Virus record (IMG/VR): IMGVR_UViG_3300033076_000603
Location: 1 to 42,957 of that record
Strand: one strand, 5' to 3'
Source: a virus
Lineage: Duplodnaviria > Caudoviricetes
Length of the DNA stretch: 42,957 nt
The position numbers and the translations under genes were made by a program. Below are positions 28,163-34,827 of the stretch, piece by piece. How positions within the stretch are numbered: the stretch's first letter is position 1; every line of letters begins with the position of its first letter. The notes below the pieces were generated by a model, which made no database searches, was not told where the DNA came from, and saw only the letters and a program-made list of their open reading frames with translations.

Positions 28163-28640
28163 TTATCACTTCTCCTTGACTATGCGTCACGCGGACGCGG
28201 GATTGCAGTTCAATCAACCTATTCGCAAGCTGGGCTAGGTGATCCTGGCCGGGCGGGGCCGCCGGAGCATTACCCCCTACCCCCATTGCCTTCGCCCCTA
28301 GCTCCACCGCCTTCAACACCACGTTATCCGAGACGGCCGGGGCCTCAAGCTTTTGCTTCAACCGCTCCAGCGACAACAGCGTGATTCCGCGAAACCGCTC
28401 TTCCACTGTCGCCACTAGCACCGGGTCACAAATCTCCGCGCGGCGGGCGGCCATGGCACTCTGCCAAGCATCCGAGGCCATCACGTTACTCACCCACCCC
28501 ACTGAGTACCCGTACCGCGACGCCAGATGATTCTGGGTAATCCCGGGATTCGCTATGATATAATCAATCATATCCTTATGCGAGTACCCTACCTTTGCCA
28601 CGTTTCCCATCGTCGGGGCAGTTTCCCTTAGCTCATTCAT
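28155..28640 (-). CDS. putative terminase small subunit (HTH)
   Basis: NPGITQNHLASRYGYSVGWVSNVM helix-turn-helix; first gene of the late operon upstream of TerL; AAGGAG RBS. Confidence 0.6.
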   Translation of the reverse strand: MNELRETAPTMGNVAKVGYSHKDMIDYIIANPGITQNHLASRYGYSVGWVSNVMASDAWQSAMAARRAEICDPVLVATVEERFRGITLLSLERLKQKLEAPAVSDNVVLKAVELGAKAMGVGGNAPAAPPGQDHLAQLANRLIELQSRVRVTHSQGEVINV

Positions 28641-28700
28641 CGTATCTCTCCTTCGCGGGGGTCGGCGGCAATCACCACTAACATCTATCCCTCACCCCTG

Positions 28701-28728
28701 TTAGACCACTAACTCTCCTCGAAGTTCC
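28701..28728 (-). promoter_or_regulatory. sigmaE/ECF-type promoter P2 (late operon)
   Basis: Minus strand GGAACTtcgaggagagttagtgGTCTAA, 60 nt upstream of the terS-like start; A/T tract upstream (28738-28762). Confidence 0.85.
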
Positions 28729-28777
28729 GCCGGGCTGAAAAGTAAAAAAATTTTAGAAAAAAGGGAGGGGCCTCTTC

Positions 28778-28805
28778 GCGTGGATTATGAAAGGATATTT
28801 CGCGC
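28778..28805. promoter_or_regulatory. 28-bp palindromic site B
   Basis: GCGTGGATTA-tgaaagga-TATTTCGCGC. Confidence 0.6.
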
Positions 28806-29094
28806 GATCTTTCACAGCACCTAAACTATCCCAGATTGCATTTGTGTTTTGCGCGCGAATCTTTTTTTGCCCCCCACCCGGTCAATGGCAGGCAGATCGC
28901 TCGATGGACTGTGGCGCCAGCGCAACTGTGGCGCCGAAGCAACGGAGAGAAGGCTGTTGTTTTCATACCACTGTCCGATGGCAGGCTGGCGGGATTGTTG
29001 CAGTGCACCATTGTATACAGTGTACAATTATACAGACGGCATTGTGATGGCAGCTCTGTGGTAAAAATACAACGCAAGATATCTGAAAATAATT

Positions 29095-29122
29095 GGAACC
29101 AATTGCGAAACCAGCTGTCTGA
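29095..29122 (+). promoter_or_regulatory. sigmaE/ECF-type promoter P3 (variant GGAACC-N16-GTCTGA)
   Basis: Same spacing as the other copies with two substitutions; 44 nt upstream of ORF 29167. Confidence 0.75.
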
Positions 29123-29166
29123 TACCTACCGATACACGATATCGGCATTTTACCAAACGGGGCTCT

Positions 29167-29550
29167 ATGAAAAAAGTTATTAATACCGGCGCACAGGCAG
29201 TTACTTTTACATTTGACGGGCTGGCACCAGTCACCCTGTCGATGCACGAAGTTACCCCAGCCAATGCCACCTACGCCATGCTACATGGCTTTGCGGCCAG
29301 AATTGGCGACAATGCGGCGATTCAGAGGTCTGTAGAGAATGGCTTTAATGTTACCGAAGCCATGCGGCGCGAGGCGGTGCTAGAATTAGTGCAGCACTAC
29401 ACAAGTGGCAGTGTCGAGTGGAATACCAAAGTGGCCGAGCGTAAAGCACCACAGAATCCTACAATTCTGGCTATTGCAGCCAAGATGGGCTTAACGTATA
29501 CGGAGGCAGAGGCCGAGATCCAGCGCCGGATGCTCGCTGAGCTGGCGTAA
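29167..29550 (+). CDS. early hypothetical protein (HG...GD family; paralog of 32180..32806)
   Basis: First gene after P3; AMLHGFAARIGDNAA motif. Confidence 0.75.
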   Translation: MKKVINTGAQAVTFTFDGLAPVTLSMHEVTPANATYAMLHGFAARIGDNAAIQRSVENGFNVTEAMRREAVLELVQHYTSGSVEWNTKVAERKAPQNPTILAIAAKMGLTYTEAEAEIQRRMLAELA

Positions 29551-29612
29551 GTACCAGCCAAGGCCTGTTATGAGCAGGCCTTACCGGGTATTTTCCCGAA
29601 TAGGAGATCAAA

Positions 29613-29819
29613 GTGTTTAAAGTGTATAAAGTAAGAATGCAGTCTAAGTCCGGCAGCGAGTTATTCGCTGCTGCCAGTGGTCACGCAAGTGACTGGGTGC
29701 ATGAAAATGCCCCAGAACCCGAGGCGGTGCTAGAAACCCGGGATGCCGCGCTTGCGCTGGCCGCGCTCGTTGAGGCTACGGGCTACGCAAAGCCACAGGT
29801 AATAGAACTGACGTTATAA
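29613..29819 (+). CDS. small hypothetical protein
   Basis: GTG start with TAGGAG RBS. Confidence 0.6.
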   Translation: MFKVYKVRMQSKSGSELFAAASGHASDWVHENAPEPEAVLETRDAALALAALVEATGYAKPQVIELTL

Positions 29820-29832
29820 GGCGTCTCCAGAA

Positions 29833-29864
29833 TTCCCAGCCTCCTGTAAAAAGGGGGCTGGGAA
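29833..29864 (+). terminator. GC-rich hairpin after ORF 29613 (possible terminator)
   Basis: TTCCCAGCCTCCT...GGGGGCTGGGAA; no clear U-tract. Confidence 0.45.
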
Positions 29865-29869
29865 AACTC

Positions 29870-29897
29870 GCTTGGGTTATGGGAACATAATCCGCGC
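29870..29897. promoter_or_regulatory. 28-bp palindromic site C
   Basis: GCTTGGGTTA-tgggaaca-TAATCCGCGC. Confidence 0.6.
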
Positions 29898-29912
29898 GGG
29901 TTTCTTTCTCTG

Positions 29913-30106
29913 TCTATTTGTCTTCTTCCGTCTATGTTTTCTATCTGTCAATGGTACATTAAAAGGACAGGGTAGGGTAAGGTTAGGGTATATTGTATAC
30001 AATATTTTTTTTATGTCTCATATATACCACTGTTGCTTTTAAACCACGAAGCCCTTTATAACCCCATGTGACAGATAGACAGCATAGGAGGAAGAAGATA
30101 GATAGG
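29913..30106. repeat. ~43-bp imperfect inverted repeat enclosing a G-tract and a perfect 16-bp palindrome (origin-like)
   Basis: 29913-29954 pairs with 30064-30106; ATATTGTATACAATAT at 29990-30005. Confidence 0.7.
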
Positions 30107-30142
30107 TGATGGATAGATGAATGATAGACGGTGGATTACTGT

Positions 30143-30170
30143 GGAACTTTATCACCAGTCCACGGTCTAA
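30143..30170 (+). promoter_or_regulatory. sigmaE/ECF-type promoter P4
   Basis: actgtGGAACTttatcaccagtccacgGTCTAA upstream of HTH gene 30225. Confidence 0.85.
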
Positions 30171-30224
30171 TGGAGGTGAGGTGGACTGGCTGCCTTGCTT
30201 GATTGACTGGATAAAGGAGTAGAG

Positions 30225-30614
30225 ATGAAAAGAGTTATGACGCAGTTTACTGCTGGGGAGGTTAGGCGGATGCGAGCGGAGGTGAATGAATGGGGAGAAC
30301 CCAAGTGGACTGGGGTGGAGATCGCAGTCGCGCTAGGCGTGAGTGAGTCGACTATCTGGCGCGTGCTTAATAAGCAAGCGGCTTATGAGAAGATGGGCCG
30401 CGTGGAACCGGGAGGGTTGACGATGGAGGCGGCAGCAGCTGCAGCGGCGAATTCTCCGGGAGCGGGACTGGAGAAGAAAGTTGCGGCAAGCTTGGCGCGG
30501 TTGCAAGGGATGCTCGGAGGAGCAGGGGAGCGCGCTTCGCCGCCGAAGCAGTCCTTCATGTCTCCCGAGGCGCAGGCGCGGTATGAACTTATGAGGAGTC
30601 CACTTGATGAGTAA
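30225..30614 (+). CDS. helix-turn-helix DNA-binding protein
   Basis: WTGVEIAVALGVSESTIWRVLNKQ; AAGGAG RBS. Confidence 0.75.
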   Translation: MKRVMTQFTAGEVRRMRAEVNEWGEPKWTGVEIAVALGVSESTIWRVLNKQAAYEKMGRVEPGGLTMEAAAAAAANSPGAGLEKKVAASLARLQGMLGGAGERASPPKQSFMSPEAQARYELMRSPLDE

Positions 30615-30960
30615 GCTTAACGGAACGGATAGCGAGCATGAAGGGCTGGAAGATCTGCCCAAGGCGCTTCGTGGCCCAGCGAAGACGCATGGGAGGCGGA
30701 TGGTTGCGCTGGTTTATGGAGCGGGGATGTGCTCGGAGGCCACGGCGACGCTGGCGCGGAAAGCGCAGGCGAGGCAGGACGGAGAAGCCATGGATGCGCT
30801 GCGGGTGCTTAGTCAGACATTCAACCAGATCAGCACCGCGTACTGTAAGGAGCAAGGCTGGACGGAGGCGGAGCTGGCAATGTGTGATAGGGATATTATG
30901 GTCAGCTTCGCCGGGGAGGTTCTGCAGGGACAGTCCGGGCGGATAATCCTGTCCCAATAA
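30607..30960 (+). CDS. hypothetical protein
   Basis: ORF with GAGGAG RBS overlapping the previous stop. Confidence 0.65.
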   Translation: MSKLNGTDSEHEGLEDLPKALRGPAKTHGRRMVALVYGAGMCSEATATLARKAQARQDGEAMDALRVLSQTFNQISTAYCKEQGWTEAELAMCDRDIMVSFAGEVLQGQSGRIILSQ

Positions 30961-30964
30961 CTGT

Positions 30965-30992
30965 GGAACTTCGACGGACAGTTCCTGTCTAA
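30965..30992 (+). promoter_or_regulatory. sigmaE/ECF-type promoter P5
   Basis: actgtGGAACTtcgacggacagttcctGTCTAA immediately after the stop at 30960. Confidence 0.85.
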
Positions 30993-31049
30993 TGTGTATC
31001 GGCGAATGATCTGCCGCCGACTTTGCAGATCAACTTAAAAAGGCTCATC

Positions 31050-31358
31050 ATGGACTTTATCAATATCGGAAGTACTCCGACAGAGGAAGACTGCTTCGGC
31101 GTGGGAAACCCTCTCGCGCAACAGGAGTGCAAACTCTTCATGGCGCAGCTCGAGCGGGAGTTCCCGGCGGGTTTCTTCGCAGTCAAAGGATTCCCGCATG
31201 ACTTCGGGTACTACTACGAAGTCGTAGCGTACCTCTCCGAAAACGAAGCTGATGAGGATCAGAACCAGGCAGCTTACGACGCGGAAGACCACGCAAACCC
31301 GCTCTGGGACGAGATCTCCGCTCCCCTCGTCGCAGCTCTGCGCAGCAAGGCCGCTTGA
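31050..31358 (+). CDS. acidic hypothetical protein
   Basis: ATG 31050; IGSTPTEEDC...FPHDFGYYYEV motif. Confidence 0.7.
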   Translation: MDFINIGSTPTEEDCFGVGNPLAQQECKLFMAQLEREFPAGFFAVKGFPHDFGYYYEVVAYLSENEADEDQNQAAYDAEDHANPLWDEISAPLVAALRSKAA

Positions 31359-31570
31359 TGGAAGACTACCATCTCCCGATCTGCATGAGCTGCTATGCAG
31401 TAAGAGTCGAGCCGCCGAGAGCAAAGGGACTTCGGCCTACCTGCATGGCTTGCGGAGAGAAGGCAGCTCGTAAAGTCCAGCATACGATTGCTCCGATCAA
31501 CAAGAGCAATTATATGCTGATCAGCAACCTTGAGGAGCTCAAGCAACTCAACCCGAAAAGGACAGCGTGA
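31358..31570 (+). CDS. small C4 zinc-finger protein (DksA/TraR-like spacing)
   Basis: CMSC-x16-CMAC with a central Arg. Confidence 0.6.
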   Translation: MEDYHLPICMSCYAVRVEPPRAKGLRPTCMACGEKAARKVQHTIAPINKSNYMLISNLEELKQLNPKRTA

Positions 31571-31746
31571 TGAGTCTTTCCCCCAAGCAAGAGCAAACCT
31601 GGGCTAGGAAAGTCCTGGCTGCGTACTCTTCCCACATCGCAGCGTACCGGAAACTCTGGTCAGGAATCCCTCCCGACCGGACAGCTCACCTTAACGCCTG
31701 GGCAGCAGCGCGCAAGGAATTCCCGCGTGAGCAGGAACGTGGTTAG
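31570..31746 (+). CDS. small hypothetical protein (58 aa)
   Basis: Hand-read ORF MSLSPKQEQTWARKVL...; start overlaps the previous stop. Confidence 0.55.
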   Translation: MSLSPKQEQTWARKVLAAYSSHIAAYRKLWSGIPPDRTAHLNAWAAARKEFPREQERG

Positions 31747-31771
31747 TGGTGAAAATACAACAAATTTCTTC

Positions 31772-31799
31772 GGAACTAATCCCGGAAGTCCGTGTCTAA
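31772..31799 (+). promoter_or_regulatory. sigmaE/ECF-type promoter P6
   Basis: GGAACTaatcccggaagtccgtGTCTAA; intergenic. Confidence 0.85.
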
Positions 31800-31844
31800 C
31801 ATATGTTGGCGCATAATGCACCAGCGATTACAGAAAGGCTCAAT

Positions 31845-32075
31845 ATGAAGATGGCTATGAAAAACAAGCTCGAGGCGATAGTGACAGTGCTCGAGCTGCA
31901 GATGGAACAGCTAGATACCCTGGTCGATGCCCAGCAAGAGTTTATTGACGACTGCCCAGACTCGCGGAGTGAGGAAAAGCAAGAGGAAGCAGACGCACTT
32001 CTCGAGTCTTTGACTGAAGCAAGGGACGTCTGCGAAGCCGCCCGAGACGCAACGCAAGCTTGCCTGGACGACTAG
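31845..32075 (+). CDS. small acidic helical protein
   Basis: ATG 31845 downstream of P6; Glu/Asp-rich. Confidence 0.7.
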   Translation: MKMAMKNKLEAIVTVLELQMEQLDTLVDAQQEFIDDCPDSRSEEKQEEADALLESLTEARDVCEAARDATQACLDD

Positions 32076-32179
32076 CCCCTACCGCAGAGGGGAGCGCGTC
32101 TCCCTTCTCCAGTAGGGGTTCCCTGCTACCGGAATCCGCAGTCGCCGGCTCAAAGGACTGTTGCAATCGGAGAGAGAAA

Positions 32180-32806
32180 ATGGCTACAGAAAGCAAGACA
32201 GAGTACAGTGAAATCACCATGACTGATGGGCGTAAGGTTAACTTCGCCGGCAAACGCAAGGTGAACAAAGAAACCTTGGTCGATGACAGCGGCATCGTTA
32301 TCGAAGACGGTGTTATGCAGATCACTGCGGGCGCTGTCAGCATTCGCATGGACTTCCGCAACGGAGAAACCCGGACAATCCCGCTGCCCCTGGCACTCCT
32401 CGCTCGCTTTGCCGGACACGGCGCAGAGCAAAAGTTCGGCGATGAACTCGCTACCTCGGCTGACAAGCCCCTCAGCGAAGACGACATGGTACTTGCCATC
32501 GACGACCTGAACTCCCTGATCCAGTCCGGCAAGTGGGGTGCTGGTCGCGCTGCCGCCGGCGGCGGTGTCTCAGGCGCTTCGGTAGTAGTCCAGGCAATCT
32601 GCGAGGCCACCGGCAAAGACGTTGCGACGGTCAAAGCCTACCTGCGGAAGAAACTCGATGCAGACTCGGCACTCACCCGCCGTGCCTTGTACGATTCCTT
32701 CCGCGTGGCTGGCACCAAGACTGGCGTTATCATCAAGCGCATGGAAGATGCCAAGCTCGCCAAGGTTGCCAAGGTTGACGCAGACGCTGAGCTGGCAATG
32801 TTCTAA
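32180..32806 (+). CDS. early hypothetical protein (HG...GD family)
   Basis: ATG 32180 with GGAGAG RBS; FAGHGAEQKFGDELA motif. Confidence 0.8.
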   Translation: MATESKTEYSEITMTDGRKVNFAGKRKVNKETLVDDSGIVIEDGVMQITAGAVSIRMDFRNGETRTIPLPLALLARFAGHGAEQKFGDELATSADKPLSEDDMVLAIDDLNSLIQSGKWGAGRAAAGGGVSGASVVVQAICEATGKDVATVKAYLRKKLDADSALTRRALYDSFRVAGTKTGVIIKRMEDAKLAKVAKVDADAELAMF

Positions 32807-32915
32807 CCCCAGCTGGTCTAGCAAACCCTTGTGGGCCTTCAGTGGCCCATAGGCACTAGGAAGGGTGGTCGCATCCTCCGACTCAGCATGATGACTTGAG
32901 CCTCGCTTGCTGGGG
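32807..32915 (+). ncRNA. candidate multi-stem structured RNA
   Basis: Closing helix CCCCAGC/GCTGGGG encloses hairpins GTGGGCC/GGCCCAT, AGGGTG/CATCCT and CTCAG/CTTGAG. Confidence 0.35.
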
Positions 32916-32920
32916 GCATC

Positions 32921-32960
32921 GGGAGGCGGGACTATAAAGCTCGCCTCCCCGGTGTTTTTT
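32921..32960 (+). terminator. intrinsic terminator
   Basis: GGGAGGCGGG-loop-CTCGCCTCCC followed by a T-run. Confidence 0.7.
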
Positions 32961-32986
32961 CAAAGGCTCTCTCCAAGGCTCAACCT

Positions 32987-33202
32987 ATGACAATTCAAGA
33001 ATTCCACCAGCTCTGCTCTCGGCATGACTGGCACTACCAGTTCAGCGATGACCATTCTGTCTGGAAGCGAAGCCAGGGAATCGCGGAGATCCTCAACAAA
33101 GCTGCCATCGCCGATCCCGCTTGCGCGCTGCTGCTCAAGTCCTGGCGGCTCTTCCGCAACGGCGAAGGCCCGCGTCCCGAGCTGGAAAAAGAACCCGCAT
33201 AA
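32987..33202 (+). CDS. small phage hypothetical protein (HDW.Y..SDD family)
   Basis: RHDWHYQFSDDHSVW motif. Confidence 0.7.
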   Translation: MTIQEFHQLCSRHDWHYQFSDDHSVWKRSQGIAEILNKAAIADPACALLLKSWRLFRNGEGPRPELEKEPA

Positions 33203-33206
33203 CTGT

Positions 33207-33234
33207 GGAACTAATAGTAAAAGTTCATGTCTAA
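33207..33234 (+). promoter_or_regulatory. sigmaE/ECF-type promoter P7 (replication operon)
   Basis: actgtGGAACTaatagtaaaagttcatGTCTAA immediately after the stop at 33202. Confidence 0.85.
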
Positions 33235-33237
33235 TTA

Positions 33238-33265
33238 ATGCGGATTATGATTGTATAATCCGCGC
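33238..33265. promoter_or_regulatory. 28-bp palindromic site D overlapping the P7 start site
   Basis: ATGCGGATTA-tgattgta-TAATCCGCGC, beginning after a 3-nt gap from the P7 -10 element. Confidence 0.7.
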
Positions 33266-33281
33266 AAACTGAGGCTCACTC

Positions 33282-33821
33282 ATGGAAACTTCCCTAGACG
33301 ATCTATTCAGCGAAGCTATCGCTACGATTCGCTCCGCCACGCCAGCAGCAGTAACTTCGCCTGTCTGGTATCGCTCCCGTGGCATCGCTCTTATCCACGC
33401 AGACACTGGCGTGCTCCTCGGCAACTTCACCGAGTATCTCCACCGCGGACAGCCGGGTTCTCGCCGGCTCGTCCGAGAAGACCCTCCCATGCCAGTCGAA
33501 GCCACCGAGACCCTCTGCGGCAGCTGGTGGACTGGCAGCGATGAGCCGCCGACACCCAAGCGAGCCTGGCACGAGTCTCGCCTCGCCACGCTTGCTCTCG
33601 AGTTCCGCACTCTCGGCGTATCCTCCCCGTCTGCTGCCGTCTACGCAGTCTTCGGCGAGGGCTGCCTGACTCGGGTAGAACTTGCCGCCGACACGCTCCT
33701 TGCACGTCCCGGCAGCTCCCTTAGTGAGCTAGTAATCTTCCCTGCCGGGACAGATATAATCCGGGATCTTTCTCGCGCAACCATCACGCTCCTTCTCACC
33801 CAGCTAGGTCAACCACTATGA
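33282..33821 (+). CDS. hypothetical protein
   Basis: First ORF after P7; ATGA coupling downstream. Confidence 0.65.
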   Translation: METSLDDLFSEAIATIRSATPAAVTSPVWYRSRGIALIHADTGVLLGNFTEYLHRGQPGSRRLVREDPPMPVEATETLCGSWWTGSDEPPTPKRAWHESRLATLALEFRTLGVSSPSAAVYAVFGEGCLTRVELAADTLLARPGSSLSELVIFPAGTDIIRDLSRATITLLLTQLGQPL

Positions 33822-34003
33822 TTCGCATATTTATGAGAGCTCGATCTTCCCTTGATTGGGATGATCCCTGGACTTCCGTTACAGTGGATGGAGAGGATGA
33901 AGATACAGTAATCCAGTCCATCTTGACCAATGCCCAGGCGAGCTTCGAACTCGCCGCTGCAGATGAAGATGGTGGGCTGCTCCTAGGAGTCTACGATGAC
34001 TAA
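33818..34003 (+). CDS. small acidic hypothetical protein
   Basis: Coupled ORF in the operon. Confidence 0.55.
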   Translation: MIRIFMRARSSLDWDDPWTSVTVDGEDEDTVIQSILTNAQASFELAAADEDGGLLLGVYDD

Positions 34004-34274
34004 GACTAAGTCCATTATTCCTTCCCAGCAGCTTAACGTGGCACTCCCCTTGCCTCTCTACGTCCAGCTCACTTCGCATCTCTACTCCGAGCTGGAAGGC
34101 CGCGTGCCTCACGGCGGGTACTCTCGCTTCCTGATCGACCTGCTTCGCGGGTACTTCACCGCCGAGCAATTCGATCTCGCTCCTTTCACCAACACCCAGC
34201 CGGGCGCGTTCACAGTCGCCGGCTCTCCCGAGGCAGTCAAGGCACTACGCACCTTGCTGAGCGCGCATGAGTAA
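33996..34274 (+). CDS. hypothetical protein, possible ribbon-helix-helix fold
   Basis: QQLNVALPLPLY...YSRFLIDLLRGYF beta-alpha-alpha pattern; AGGAG RBS. Confidence 0.6.
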   Translation: MTKTKSIIPSQQLNVALPLPLYVQLTSHLYSELEGRVPHGGYSRFLIDLLRGYFTAEQFDLAPFTNTQPGAFTVAGSPEAVKALRTLLSAHE

Positions 34275-34491
34275 TCCTATCCCGCTGGAACTTCAGTCCA
34301 AGATCGCATCCTGGCGCCTTCGTGCCGCCGAGGGCACACTCACTCTTGAGGAGATGAAAGAGGGCGTGATCTTCCTGCGCGCGGGTCGCCTCGGCGCTGC
34401 CTCCGCTGCTGCGGCTGCCAAGCGCGTACCCGGCAAGCGCTCTGCTGCGCCAAGCCAAGACGCCATGCTCGACGAGCTGGATGATCTGTAA
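34267..34491 (+). CDS. hypothetical protein
   Basis: Overlapping coupled ORF. Confidence 0.65.
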   Translation: MSNPIPLELQSKIASWRLRAAEGTLTLEEMKEGVIFLRAGRLGAASAAAAAKRVPGKRSAAPSQDAMLDELDDL

Positions 34492-34539
34492 CCGAATCTG
34501 TTGTGGGTGCAGTTTCACCCTCGAGTCTAGGAGAGCTAA

Positions 34540-34827
34540 ATGAAGATGACCATCAAGGGCTATATTGTAGCCTATTTCAGCCGTTACGCCAAGCCAGGCG
34601 ACCCGCCGCAGTACAGTTTCCAAGCCTGGGAACCGGATTCAAAGGACTATGTTCTCATAACTCCCCATGAGCATGAGGTTGAGTTCGAGGTGCCTGATAA
34701 CTTCGTCCCAGCTCGCGTAGCTGTCATGGAGAAAGCTATCATCAAGATCCACCTGGAAGCGGAAGAAGAAGTCGTGGAGATCAAAGAGGCAATCCAGAAG
34801 CTTCTCTGCCTGGAGAGCTCCGTATGA
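34540..34827 (+). CDS. hypothetical protein
   Basis: AGGAG RBS; ATGA overlap with the nuclease gene. Confidence 0.65.
   Translation: MKMTIKGYIVAYFSRYAKPGDPPQYSFQAWEPDSKDYVLITPHEHEVEFEVPDNFVPARVAVMEKAIIKIHLEAEEEVVEIKEAIQKLLCLESSV

Noticed and set aside
29020-29035. GTGTACAATTATACAG resembling a LexA SOS box
   Set aside because: The invariant first C of CTGT is missing, it is a single copy, and no lysogeny module is evident.
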